Notes under the pieces: model-generated | Told to the model about the DNA's origin: nothing | The model's input: the letters and a program-made list of their open reading frames with translations, nothing else | The model's database searches: none | Source of the DNA: Idiomarina loihiensis L2TR | Lineage (GTDB): Bacteria; Pseudomonadota; Gammaproteobacteria; Enterobacterales; Alteromonadaceae | DNA: 32,000 nt | Assembly (NCBI RefSeq): GCF_000008465.1 | Contig: NC_006512.1 | Span: 300,001 to 332,000, forward strand | Reading direction: 5' to 3' | Program-made: the position numbers and the translations under genes | In this document: piece by piece, positions 7,418-16,270 of the stretch | Layout of the letters: every line of letters begins with the position of its first letter | Numbering within the stretch: the stretch's first letter is position 1

Positions 7418-8422
7418 ATGACTTTCAATAAAAAAGAAAAACTGTCGATAACGGCGCTGCTGATTATTCTCTACTTAATACCTGCAGGGCTAGAGTGGTT
7501 AGAGTTTGATAGCGAAAACTTACACGTTATTGCGATAAGCCTGCCAATTTGGCTGGCCTTTTTTTACCTCGGCCCGTTTTGGCTGTTCTACTGGACTCAA
7601 CAGAACAAGCATGTTGCCCGCTTACACGTGGTGGCGCAGGGCGTGTTGTACGTTCTGATGATGTTTGCTGGCGCCAATATCGTCAGCAGACTGCATTCGA
7701 TGGCGTTTCCGCAGTACCAGTTTCCGATAAAAGAGCAGGGGCTGTCGGCATTTCTGTGGGGTGTGTTCATCTTCTCGATGACGCACATGTACCTTTTATA
7801 CCAGCGCTTTGTTCAGGAGCAACGGTTGCGTAAAGAAGCCCAGCTGGCTGATTTGACCAGCCGTTTAAATCCACATTTTCTGTTCAACTCGTTGAACACC
7901 ATTTCCGCGCTTATCCACTCATCACCTGACAAAGCCGATGATGTGTTGCATAAACTATCCGACATACTGCGTTACTCCGTGGATCAGCAAAATAAGTGGG
8001 TGCCGCTGGAGCACGAGCTTGCTGTTTGTGAAACCTATCTAACGGTTGAGAAAGCTAGGTTCACCGACAACTTGAACATTAGCTGGCAAATTGCGTCTTC
8101 GGTCGATATGCGGCAATTGAAGGTGCCGCCGCTGTTACTGCAGCCGCTAATTGAAAACGTTATGAAGCACGTGAAGCGCCGACCTATTGAGTTGCTCATT
8201 AGCGTGCAAGCGGAGCAGGGCAAGCTTATATTCAAGGTAAAAGACAACGGTAAAGGTTTTTCTGAGCCGTCGTTGAATGAGCAATCGAAGGCCGGTCAGG
8301 GTCTCAATATTGTAAAACAACGTGTTGATATTGCAGGTGGTGAGCTGTCGCTTTTTAACGATACGTCAGAGCAAGGAGGTGCGGTGTGCGAAATCACCTT
8401 ACCCATTCACGCCTGCGTGTAA
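7418..8422 (+). CDS. LytS/YehU-type sensor histidine kinase (membrane)
   Basis: N-terminal multi-TM region, then LNPHFLFNSLNTISALI (His_kinase H-box of LytS-type kinases) and the HATPase region LLLQPLIENVMKH...DNGKGF...GQGLNI. Confidence 0.9.
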   Translation: MTFNKKEKLSITALLIILYLIPAGLEWLEFDSENLHVIAISLPIWLAFFYLGPFWLFYWTQQNKHVARLHVVAQGVLYVLMMFAGANIVSRLHSMAFPQYQFPIKEQGLSAFLWGVFIFSMTHMYLLYQRFVQEQRLRKEAQLADLTSRLNPHFLFNSLNTISALIHSSPDKADDVLHKLSDILRYSVDQQNKWVPLEHELAVCETYLTVEKARFTDNLNISWQIASSVDMRQLKVPPLLLQPLIENVMKHVKRRPIELLISVQAEQGKLIFKVKDNGKGFSEPSLNEQSKAGQGLNIVKQRVDIAGGELSLFNDTSEQGGAVCEITLPIHACV

Positions 8423-9108
8423 TTATTGTTGAAGACGAAGCGCCGGCGCGCTCGAAGTTAAATACGCAGCTTGCGCAAATGGAAGGCGTTGAGATTGTTG
8501 CGGAATGCGCTGATGCGCCTCAGGCAATACACGACATTAACTCGCTCAAACCAGATTTGGTTCTGTTAGACATTGAGTTGGGTGAGTTGTCAGGTTTTGA
8601 CGTGCTGGAAGCAATGAAGCACCCCTGCCATGTGATATTTACCACGGCTTACAGCCAGTATGCCGTTAAAGCATTCGAGAAACAGGCGTTAGATTATCTA
8701 CTGAAACCCTTTGATTTGTCTCGACTGCGTCATGCTTTAGAGCGCGTGGTATTAGCGCAGCCCCAGGCTGCAGAACCCGCCACCGTGCAATTCACCGCTA
8801 AAGTCGGCGATAAAATACGCATACTGCAATCATCCGATATTCGATTTGTGAGAGCTTCACAGGGACTGGTGGTAGCGCAATGCCTTGAGCGCGAACATCA
8901 TTTGGATGACAGTCTGGAATCCCTGTTGAACCAGTTGCCAAGTTCCTTTTTGCGGGTGCACCGCAACAGCATCGTAAATACCCAACATATTCATCAAATA
9001 GAAAAGTGGCAAAACGGTGCACTTTTACTTCGTTTCGAGGGTGTAAACGACACCATTACGACCAGCAGACGTGGCGCCGCAGTGCTAAGAAAATATCTCA
9101 ACCTATAA
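8386..9108 (+). CDS. LytR/AlgR-family response regulator (REC + LytTR DNA-binding domain)
   Basis: REC domain with VIIVEDE...DLVLLDIELGELSGFD...YLLKP, then the C-terminal LytTR signature FLRVHRNSIVN. GTG 8386 is preceded by a perfect AAGGAGG (8373-8379). It overlaps the kinase gene by 37 nt. Confidence 0.92.
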   Translation: MRNHLTHSRLRVIIVEDEAPARSKLNTQLAQMEGVEIVAECADAPQAIHDINSLKPDLVLLDIELGELSGFDVLEAMKHPCHVIFTTAYSQYAVKAFEKQALDYLLKPFDLSRLRHALERVVLAQPQAAEPATVQFTAKVGDKIRILQSSDIRFVRASQGLVVAQCLEREHHLDDSLESLLNQLPSSFLRVHRNSIVNTQHIHQIEKWQNGALLLRFEGVNDTITTSRRGAAVLRKYLNL

Positions 9109-9120
9109 CCGGAGAGCAAC

Positions 9121-10482
9121 ATGAAAAGATTATGGTTATTCGCCGCGTTGTTTATAACCACGCAGGCTTTGGCAAGTGACTTTGTAATAAACAATGTGTT
9201 GCTGCCAGACTTTCAGACACGCGAGTTAACGCCCGTTAACATTGAAGTCGCGGACGGGAAGTTCAAACAAATTGTTGATAGCTCGGTGCTCTTGTCGCAT
9301 TCCGATGTGCGTGACGGTAAAGGGCAAGTAATAATGCCAGCCTTTATCGATATGCATTCCCACAGCATGGGCAATTCATCGCTGGATCGTAGCGACTATC
9401 AATACATTGGTATACGCGGCACCGCGAACGCCATGTTGTACGCAGGCGTACATGGCTGGCTAGATTTATATAGCGATGAGAATGATATTTTTGAGTATCG
9501 CGATCAGCAATTTCCACAGGAGCGCGATGAAGCCTATGTGTTTGCCGCAGGTCCCTGCTTTACCGTGCCAACCGGACACTGTGACTTTGGTGAAACGCGA
9601 TTGATCAGCACACCAGAGGAGGCGGTTACAGAGCTGAGGGATTTAAGCGGTTCAAAGCCTAATGTGGTGAAAGTTGTATTTGATAATGCCGGCAGTAAAC
9701 CCACCCTTGATAAGGCGACGCTTAAGGCCTTTTTGAACGAAGCAAGGCGTCTAAATATTAAGTCGGTGGTGCATATCGGTTCCTGGAGTGATATTCGCAC
9801 GGCCTCAGAATTAGGCGCTGATGCTGTTACCCACTTGCCCTGGCACGCTATGCCTGACGATATTCCCGAACTATTGGTAAAACAGGGTACCGTCATTATT
9901 CCTACGGTGAGTGTTATAAACGAGCTACTGTATTTGCACGACTCAGGCTCTGATGAGATTGCAGCCTCTGTACTTTCCGTTCCAATGACGAACGCATTAG
10001 TCGAGAAAGATCTGTTGAGCGACTACCCGATAACCGCAGAAAACAAACTGTATTTCGACTGGATTGCAGGGTTAAAGGCAGATGGCGCTCTCGAAAACCG
10101 GAACGATGCGATTAAGCGTTTAGATGCCGCTGGAGTCAATATACTGGTGGGCTCCGACGGTGGAAATTTCGCCGTATTTCAAGGCGTAGGTTTCCATCGA
10201 GAAATGTACTTTCTGCAGCAAATGGGCATGTCACCCTGGGATATTGTGTTGGGCTCCACCCTAAAGGCCTACGAGTTCCTCGGCGTAGACTGGGGAATTG
10301 AAGAAGGCCGTCCTGCGCATTTCACGTTGCACGACAAGCACATTTTTGAAGACTTAAGTCTTTCAACTGAGGTGGAACAGATTTATCTGCATGGACGAAA
10401 AGTGAGTCGAGAACCTTTGCAGGATTACGCCAATCCTGGGTTCTTTCAGTACATGAAGTTGTTTTTTGGGTTTGAGGTGTAG
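9121..10482 (+). CDS. secreted amidohydrolase-superfamily protein (COG1228-like)
   Basis: Signal peptide MKRLWLFAALFITTQALA|SD. Metal-binding HxH in MPAFIDMHSHS. Later VVHIGSW...GADAVTHLPW and ILVGSDGGN. GGAGAG RBS. Confidence 0.87.
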   Translation: MKRLWLFAALFITTQALASDFVINNVLLPDFQTRELTPVNIEVADGKFKQIVDSSVLLSHSDVRDGKGQVIMPAFIDMHSHSMGNSSLDRSDYQYIGIRGTANAMLYAGVHGWLDLYSDENDIFEYRDQQFPQERDEAYVFAAGPCFTVPTGHCDFGETRLISTPEEAVTELRDLSGSKPNVVKVVFDNAGSKPTLDKATLKAFLNEARRLNIKSVVHIGSWSDIRTASELGADAVTHLPWHAMPDDIPELLVKQGTVIIPTVSVINELLYLHDSGSDEIAASVLSVPMTNALVEKDLLSDYPITAENKLYFDWIAGLKADGALENRNDAIKRLDAAGVNILVGSDGGNFAVFQGVGFHREMYFLQQMGMSPWDIVLGSTLKAYEFLGVDWGIEEGRPAHFTLHDKHIFEDLSLSTEVEQIYLHGRKVSREPLQDYANPGFFQYMKLFFGFEV

Positions 10483-10509
10483 GAGAGCGTAAAAAAGTAC
10501 TGCAAAACG

Positions 10510-11778
10510 GTGCATAAAAGGTCAGAATTAGAAGATACCGGATGTACAAAATTACCGTTTAGGCAGGGAAAGACGTTGTCACAACAACAAAAACAATACG
10601 ACATACATTGGCTGACGGGGCAGTTTTTCGATTCCAGCAAAGAGTCCCGGTATCGCGACTCCATTAAAGCGCGGGTACGTTTCGAGTCCCGTCTTGCATT
10701 GCCTCTGGTGTCGGTGGTTGTTGCCATGTTTGGCATTACCGATTACAACTTGCTGGGGTTAACCCGCGAGTTTTATTGGTTGCTTACTATGCGTATAGCC
10801 GTGGTGAGCTCTTGTCTTGTGCTGGCTTTCGCTATCGGGCGCTGGGGTGGTTATTCCCGTAACGCCTGGCTGCATAGTTTGCCGCTATGGATTCTGGCAA
10901 CGGGCATTATTCTCATTGTTCCGTTGCGCCCGGAAAGTATTTCCACCCAGATAACCGCAGTGGTGGTTGCGATAATGGCTTTCTATCTTCTCATTCCAAA
11001 CCTGCTCACAGTGGCAGCGTTAGCGAGCCTCTATTTAACCGTCGGATTTTTGTCTGCAGCGGCAGTTTATGCCGGAATTCCTTCAGAGAATGTGCTTCGC
11101 GTTAGTCTTTTGCTGATTATGGCCAATATTGTGGGCTACTGTGCTTTATTACGTATAGAGTTTCTGCAGCGCAAGCAATTTGCACTACTTCAGGATGAGC
11201 GTGATCAAAACCGTGATCTGCTCAAGGAAATAAAGCATCGAAAATCATTGGAAGCGCAATTGCGCATGGTGGCTGAGCGGGACGCTCTGACGGGGCTGGA
11301 TAGCCGAAGCCATTTTATGAAGCGGGCCGAAGCTTTATTGCAACGAGCTCAGTTGGAAAAAACGCCGTTTTGCCTCTTTATGATCGACGTAGACCATTTT
11401 AAGCGCATTAATGATACCTGGGGTCATACTCGCGGAGATTTAATTTTGACCAAAATAGCCGAGGTTTGCGAACAGTCGCTGCGACCCACTGATGTTATAG
11501 GGCGCTTTGGTGGTGAAGAGTTCGTCGTAGGCCTGCCGCATACCAGCCCCAGCGAAGCGCAAACCATAGCCGAGCGTCTGAAAGAGAACGTTGAAGCACT
11601 GCCATTAACCGCTGAATTAAGTGAGCTGTGCCTGAGCGTGACCATAGGTATTGCGGCAGCACATGGTGAAGAGGATGACCTCGACGTCCTCATAACACGC
11701 GCGGATAACATGTTGTATGAAGGTAAGCGCGAAGGCAGAAACAGGGTGGTGATGTTTGGAGAGGGGATGGATTCTTGA
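10510..11778 (+). CDS. membrane-bound diguanylate cyclase (GGDEF domain, GGEEF active site)
   Basis: About 6 TM helices and a coiled linker, then DALTGL, FMIDVDHFKRINDTWGH, RPTD (11482-11493, I-site) and GGEEF (11509-11523). Start uncertain: GTG 10510 or TTG 10576. Confidence 0.9.
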   Translation: MHKRSELEDTGCTKLPFRQGKTLSQQQKQYDIHWLTGQFFDSSKESRYRDSIKARVRFESRLALPLVSVVVAMFGITDYNLLGLTREFYWLLTMRIAVVSSCLVLAFAIGRWGGYSRNAWLHSLPLWILATGIILIVPLRPESISTQITAVVVAIMAFYLLIPNLLTVAALASLYLTVGFLSAAAVYAGIPSENVLRVSLLLIMANIVGYCALLRIEFLQRKQFALLQDERDQNRDLLKEIKHRKSLEAQLRMVAERDALTGLDSRSHFMKRAEALLQRAQLEKTPFCLFMIDVDHFKRINDTWGHTRGDLILTKIAEVCEQSLRPTDVIGRFGGEEFVVGLPHTSPSEAQTIAERLKENVEALPLTAELSELCLSVTIGIAAAHGEEDDLDVLITRADNMLYEGKREGRNRVVMFGEGMDS

Positions 11779-11788
11779 GTAATCAGCA

Positions 11789-12445
11789 TTGATATCTAAA
11801 TTACCTAAATGGATTGAGTATGGGGCGTTTGTCGCCGGCTGTATAAACGCTATTGGCTTGCTTGGTTTTGAACACCAGGCGGTTTCTCATGTTTCAGGTA
11901 CTGCCACTTTGTTTGGTACCAGTATGCTATCGGGCTCTTTCGATGAGGTGCTGCATTTGGCCGGTGTGTTGTTCTCGTTTTTTGTCGGTGCCGGTCTGTC
12001 TGGATATCTATTGCACGGCACACAGCTAAAGTTAAGCCGTCGTTACGACATTGCTCTCGCAGCTGAATCACTGCTGATATTTGCTTCGTTTTACTTACTG
12101 TCTGAAGGATCATTTTACGGTCATTTCACCGCATCATTAGCCTGCGGTATGCAGAATGCCCTGGCAACGACGTACAGCGGTGCCATTGTACGGACTACGC
12201 ACCTCACCGGTATTTTTACTGACTTAGGCATTATGTTTGGGTCGGTTATGCGCGGCAAAGCTTTCGATAAAAGAAAAGCGGTATTGTTTGGATTAATCAT
12301 TGCCGGCTTTGTTACCGGAGGAACATCCGGCGCCTATCTGTTCATGTTATTACAGTTCCAGGCGTTGTTAGTACCAGCCGTTATTTGTCTGGCGCTCGCG
12401 ATCTTGTATCGTGTGCATTATAGAAGATCAGGCCAGCATAAATAA
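11789..12445 (+). CDS. YoaK/DUF1275 family membrane protein
   Basis: FVAGCINAIGLLGFEHQAVSHVSGTATL...ACGMQNALATTYSGAIVRTTHLTGIFTDLG is typical of DUF1275. TTG 11789 is the only possible start because an in-frame stop lies at 11780-11782. Confidence 0.8.
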   Translation: MISKLPKWIEYGAFVAGCINAIGLLGFEHQAVSHVSGTATLFGTSMLSGSFDEVLHLAGVLFSFFVGAGLSGYLLHGTQLKLSRRYDIALAAESLLIFASFYLLSEGSFYGHFTASLACGMQNALATTYSGAIVRTTHLTGIFTDLGIMFGSVMRGKAFDKRKAVLFGLIIAGFVTGGTSGAYLFMLLQFQALLVPAVICLALAILYRVHYRRSGQHK

Positions 12446-12522
12446 ACTCGCCTAAAAGGTGGCTATGTGTCGTTAGAGCTTGGGTGGGTTAAAATTCTGA
12501 GATGAATTAATTGGGAGAAGTC

Positions 12523-13572
12523 ATGCACGGAGAATATAAAGTACCAGGCGGTAAGCTAGTCGTTGCTGATGTTAATTTAGAAGAGGGCTGCTTGAGTGAG
12601 GTCAGTATTTCAGGCGACTTTTTCTTAGAACCTGACTCTGCGCTAAACCTAATCAATGAGGCTTTAACCGGACTACCCGAGACATCAAGCCATAAAACGC
12701 TGGCTGCCGCAATTGATGAAGCACTTGATGAAGACGTAATGATGTTTGGTTTTTCCGCCGAAGCTGTTGCTACAGCTGTACGACGTGCCTTAGGTAAGGC
12801 GAGCAGCTGGTTAGATCATCAATTTACTCTTATTCCACCAGTAACACTGCCCGCAGCAGAGCATGCCGCGTTAGACGAAGTGATAGCCGATTCAGTTGCC
12901 AAAGGTTTACGAGGCCCAACATTAAGATTTTGGGACTGGGACGATTCTGTGGTGGTGATTGGTTCTTTCCAGTCAGTAAAAAATGAAGTGGATATGGCCG
13001 CCGCGAAAGAGGCTAATGTACAAGTTGTACGCCGGGCGACAGGTGGCGGTGCTATGTTCATGGAGCCCGGTAATTGCATTACTTATTCATTAACGGTACC
13101 CACTTCATTAGTCGATGGTATGAGCATTGAAAAGTCTTATGAGTTTTTAGATGCCTGGGTTTTGGCTGCGTTAGCTGAGGTTGGTATCAAAGCCTACTAT
13201 AAACCGCTAAATGATATAGCTTCTGCGCAAGGCAAAATAGGCGGAGCAGCACAAAAACGCTTTGCCAATGGTGTTGTCGTGCATCATGCGACTCTCGCTT
13301 ATGATATCGACGCCAATAAAATGCTACAGGTATTACGTACTGGCCGTGAGAAACTCTCGGATAAAGGCATTACCAGTGCCAATAAACGAGTTGACCCTAT
13401 GCGTAGCCAGACAGGCTTAACCAGAACCGCCATTATTGATGCTTTTATGAATCAGTTTACCCAGGCTTATCAAACCCAGGTCGACGACTATTTACCGCAA
13501 GAATTATCCGCGGCAAGAGCTCTGGTAGAAACAAAATATTTGACGGAAGAATGGTTATACAAGGTAACTTAA
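12523..13572 (+). CDS. lipoate-protein ligase family protein, circularly permuted domain order
   Basis: The N-terminal EYKVPGGKLVVADVNLEEGCLSEVSISGDFFLEPD resembles the LplA C-terminal accessory domain. It is followed by the catalytic BPL/LplA domain (VVRRATGGGAMFMEPGN, GKIGGAAQKR). ATG 12523 has GGGAGA upstream. Confidence 0.87.
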   Translation: MHGEYKVPGGKLVVADVNLEEGCLSEVSISGDFFLEPDSALNLINEALTGLPETSSHKTLAAAIDEALDEDVMMFGFSAEAVATAVRRALGKASSWLDHQFTLIPPVTLPAAEHAALDEVIADSVAKGLRGPTLRFWDWDDSVVVIGSFQSVKNEVDMAAAKEANVQVVRRATGGGAMFMEPGNCITYSLTVPTSLVDGMSIEKSYEFLDAWVLAALAEVGIKAYYKPLNDIASAQGKIGGAAQKRFANGVVVHHATLAYDIDANKMLQVLRTGREKLSDKGITSANKRVDPMRSQTGLTRTAIIDAFMNQFTQAYQTQVDDYLPQELSAARALVETKYLTEEWLYKVT

Positions 13573-13753
13573 ACATGGGAAGTTATTATAATTACCTTCC
13601 GTCCAGCTAAGAACCTGACTAGCGCTGCAGAGCTGACCCTTGCCAATACGTACACAAAAAAACTCTCTTTACAGACATAAAACTCCGCGCTCCATACTGT
13701 CTAGATTGCTATGTTTAGTTTAGAGTATTTGCACGCTTTTAAAATATACCCTA

Positions 13754-14134
13754 ATGGAGTATACTTTGGTTTATAAGACAAAGGAATTTGCTTCTTTAAT
13801 GAAAAAAGAAGCAATGTCTGACGAAGATCTGATTAATGCTTGCAAGGAAATGAGTAAAGGTCTTATTGATGCAGACTTAGGCGGTAATGTTTATAAAAAG
13901 CGTATTGCCTATAGCAATAAAGGAAAACGCGGCGGATATAGAACAATTGTTGGTGCTGTTATAGGTAACAAGTACTTTTTTCTCTATGTATTTGCGAAAA
14001 ATAAAAAGACTAATATCAGTTCTAAAGAGAAGGTTGCTTTAAAAGAGCTAGCTAGAATGTTCATCAGCTTTGATGAAAAGCGGTTATGTAAGCTTGTCAA
14101 TGAGGGTGAGCTTATTGAGGTAGGTGATTTATGA
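13754..14134 (+). CDS. type II toxin, RelE/ParE superfamily (COG4737/DUF1044-like; HigB-like gene order)
   Basis: KTKEFASLMKKEAMSDEDL...GLIDADLGGNVYKKRIAYSNKGKRGGYRTIV...FFLYVFAKNKKTNISSKE matches this toxin family. The start is ATG 13754 (no RBS) or TTG 13766 (GGAG 6 nt upstream). Confidence 0.85.
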   Translation: MEYTLVYKTKEFASLMKKEAMSDEDLINACKEMSKGLIDADLGGNVYKKRIAYSNKGKRGGYRTIVGAVIGNKYFFLYVFAKNKKTNISSKEKVALKELARMFISFDEKRLCKLVNEGELIEVGDL

Positions 14135-14433
14135 GTGATATTTTAAAGTCTGTTCATAAAACGGCTAAGGGTTTGAAAAACTCGGGTGTGATAGATAAGA
14201 CAACGATGCGCAAGTTTGATGCGTTGTGCTTGACCACTGTCCATGAGTTTTCCGCTGAACAGGTTAGAGCTCTTAGACTGAAATATAAGTTATCACAGCC
14301 CGTATTCGCACAATATTTGAATGTCAGCGATAAACTGGTTAAGAAGTGGGAGCAGGGCGACAGTAAGCCACGCGGAGCGGCGCTTAAAATGCTTTCTATT
14401 GCTGAAAAAAAAGGTTTAGAAGTTATTGCTTAA
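14131..14433 (+). CDS. XRE-family HTH antitoxin (COG2944/NadS-like)
   Basis: FSAEQVRALRLKYKLSQPVFAQYLNVSDKLVKKWEQGDSKPRGAALKMLSI is the canonical HTH of the antitoxins paired with COG4737 toxins. ATGA start/stop overlap with the toxin gene. Confidence 0.85.
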   Translation: MSDILKSVHKTAKGLKNSGVIDKTTMRKFDALCLTTVHEFSAEQVRALRLKYKLSQPVFAQYLNVSDKLVKKWEQGDSKPRGAALKMLSIAEKKGLEVIA

Positions 14434-14453
14434 ACTAATTTGGAACCCTAAGA

Positions 14454-15080
14454 ATGTACGTACCAAAGCATTTCGAGGAAGATGACAACGCAAAGTTGCA
14501 CCAATATATTCGCGATTACGGTTTTGGCATATTAATTGTTGCCGATGAAGATGGCATTGAGGCAAACCACCTTCCTTTTCATTTAAGTCGCGAAGAAGGC
14601 GAATCTCTAGGAACGCTTCAGTGTCACGTGGCACGTAATAACTCGGTATGGCAGCGCCTTAAAAATGGTGGTCGCGTGTTAGCCGTTTTTCAGGGACCGG
14701 ACGGTTACGTTTCTCCTTCGTGGTATCCCTCTAAAGCAGAATCAGGGCGAGTTGTACCAACTTGGAATTATCTGGCTGTGCATGCGGCAGGTAAAGCGAG
14801 AATCGTTGAAGATGCAACTTGGCTAAAGCAGCATTTAATGAAACTAACAGATCAGCACGAGTCAGGAATGAAAGAGCCCTGGCAGGTAAATGATGCCCCT
14901 GAGGACTTCACCGACCGCTTAGTTAAGGCTATTGTTGGTATAGAGATAGAAATTGAAACCCTGACCGGTAAATTGAAAGCGAGCCAAAACTTGCCAGAAC
15001 GAAATAGAGCAGGAGTTAAAGCAGGTCTTGAAGGCAGTGATCAACCGCAGAGCTGCGCGATGTCTAAATTCGTTAGTTAG
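14454..15080 (+). CDS. FMN-binding negative transcriptional regulator, PaiB family
   Basis: MYVPKHFEEDD...LHQYIRDYGFGILI...VPTWNYLAVHA...LSGKLKASQN-type motifs are typical of PaiB-like proteins. Confidence 0.86.
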   Translation: MYVPKHFEEDDNAKLHQYIRDYGFGILIVADEDGIEANHLPFHLSREEGESLGTLQCHVARNNSVWQRLKNGGRVLAVFQGPDGYVSPSWYPSKAESGRVVPTWNYLAVHAAGKARIVEDATWLKQHLMKLTDQHESGMKEPWQVNDAPEDFTDRLVKAIVGIEIEIETLTGKLKASQNLPERNRAGVKAGLEGSDQPQSCAMSKFVS

Positions 15081-15208
15081 TAAAAGCTGATTTTAGCGAT
15101 TCGACTGCGGTATCAGTGTACTCTCTGTCATTAAATCGTCATGCCATTGACACATTCATTCGATAGCATCCGGCCTCGTGATTAAACACCAACACAGAGC
15201 GTTGCTAT

Positions 15209-16099
15209 ATGTCCGTAACCCGAGTCTTATCTGTTATTTCCTTGCTAGTATGCATGACCTTAACCAGCGTTTTTGCTAATGGTGCTGAGGCTTCTCGTTC
15301 TGACGACAGTCTGGTATTGAAGTTTGCTGTACTGGGTGATGCTGAGCCTAAACCCAAAGCAGAATTCCCGGGTGTGTCAGCGGCCGTTGATGATGTAAAC
15401 AAATTGGCGGAAGACGGCACTATGGATTTTGTTGTCGGGGTAGGTGACATTGCGCATAAAGGCACGGTGATTCAATACGAAAACGTGACACCGGTACTGC
15501 AGCGCCTGAGCCTGCCGTTCTATCCTATTATGGGCAACGAGGAGCATGGCTCTACTGTAGAGCGCTACCTGAAATATGCGAACTTGTGGAATGACGGTAA
15601 AATTTCCATAGAGAAACCAAGCTATGTTCTGGAGCGCGACTCTGTTGCTTTGGTGTTCGCTTCTCCGGATTTCGGTCGGGATTTTGGCGACGAGGGCATT
15701 GCCTGGATGAAGGAGCAAATAGAGCGTTTGGCTCCGAAACCTGTACTGCTTGTTGTTCACGGTGCACAAACGGGTGTGTACCCTGAAAATGCAGATAAAG
15801 GCGTGACGCATGAAGGGTTTAAAGACATTGTTGCGCAACCGAATTTAGCAGCAGTGCTGTCAGGCGACTTGCATATGGATATGGAGCGGGTTAATCACTC
15901 TAAACAGATTGACGGTGTTCATTATTTACATATGCCAGCACTGGAACGTACAAAAATACCGGACGAAACTCGTCACACACCGATGTTTCGTGTGTTCAGT
16001 ATTTTTGATGACGGACAGGTACTGGTAGAAACCTACCAGGTAGACGTTGAAAAGCCGCTGGCGCGTCATGAATATCGGTTTGAACTCTCTGGTAAATAA
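15209..16099 (+). CDS. secreted metallophosphoesterase (calcineurin-like)
   Basis: Signal peptide ...LTSVFA|NG. Motifs LGDAE, GVGDIAHKG, GNEEH and VVHG are in canonical order. Confidence 0.87.
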   Translation: MSVTRVLSVISLLVCMTLTSVFANGAEASRSDDSLVLKFAVLGDAEPKPKAEFPGVSAAVDDVNKLAEDGTMDFVVGVGDIAHKGTVIQYENVTPVLQRLSLPFYPIMGNEEHGSTVERYLKYANLWNDGKISIEKPSYVLERDSVALVFASPDFGRDFGDEGIAWMKEQIERLAPKPVLLVVHGAQTGVYPENADKGVTHEGFKDIVAQPNLAAVLSGDLHMDMERVNHSKQIDGVHYLHMPALERTKIPDETRHTPMFRVFSIFDDGQVLVETYQVDVEKPLARHEYRFELSGK

Positions 16100-16111
16100 T
16101 GTTTTCAAAAG

Positions 16112-16145
16112 CCTGTCGGAATAACTACCGGCAGGTTTTCCTCTT
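16112..16145 (+). terminator. rho-independent terminator after the phosphoesterase gene
   Basis: 8-bp stem CCTGTCGG (16112-16119) / CCGGCAGG (16128-16135) with one G-U pair and an 8-nt loop, followed by TTTTCCTCTTTGTTT. Confidence 0.75.
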
Positions 16146-16270
16146 TGTTTCTGCCCATCAACTAGCGTTTCTGATAAGTTGTAAAGATAAAGCAAACCTT
16201 CCCAAAAGTGCTTGAGGTATCGATAATATAAATAACTTCAACTATCTCATTAAACGCACAAGGGATTGTA

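Noticed and set aside
8386-8422. 37-nt overlap between the kinase and LytTR regulator genes as a possible frameshift or fusion
   Set aside because: A perfect AAGGAGG 6 nt before GTG 8386 and intact termini of both proteins indicate ordinary overlapping, translationally coupled genes.
13575-13605. Possible terminator hairpin GGAAG..CTTCC after the lipoate ligase gene
   Set aside because: It has a 5-bp stem with a 12-14 nt AT loop and no trailing T-run, which is too weak to annotate.
15377-15838. 153-aa minus-strand ORF, plus similar antisense ORFs at 1524..1808, 9534..9896, 11424..11789, 12819..13079, 15205..15465 and 22839..23075
   Set aside because: All are fully embedded antisense to genes with strong family motifs. 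They lack RBSs and have Arg/Ser/Cys-rich compositions typical of shadow frames.
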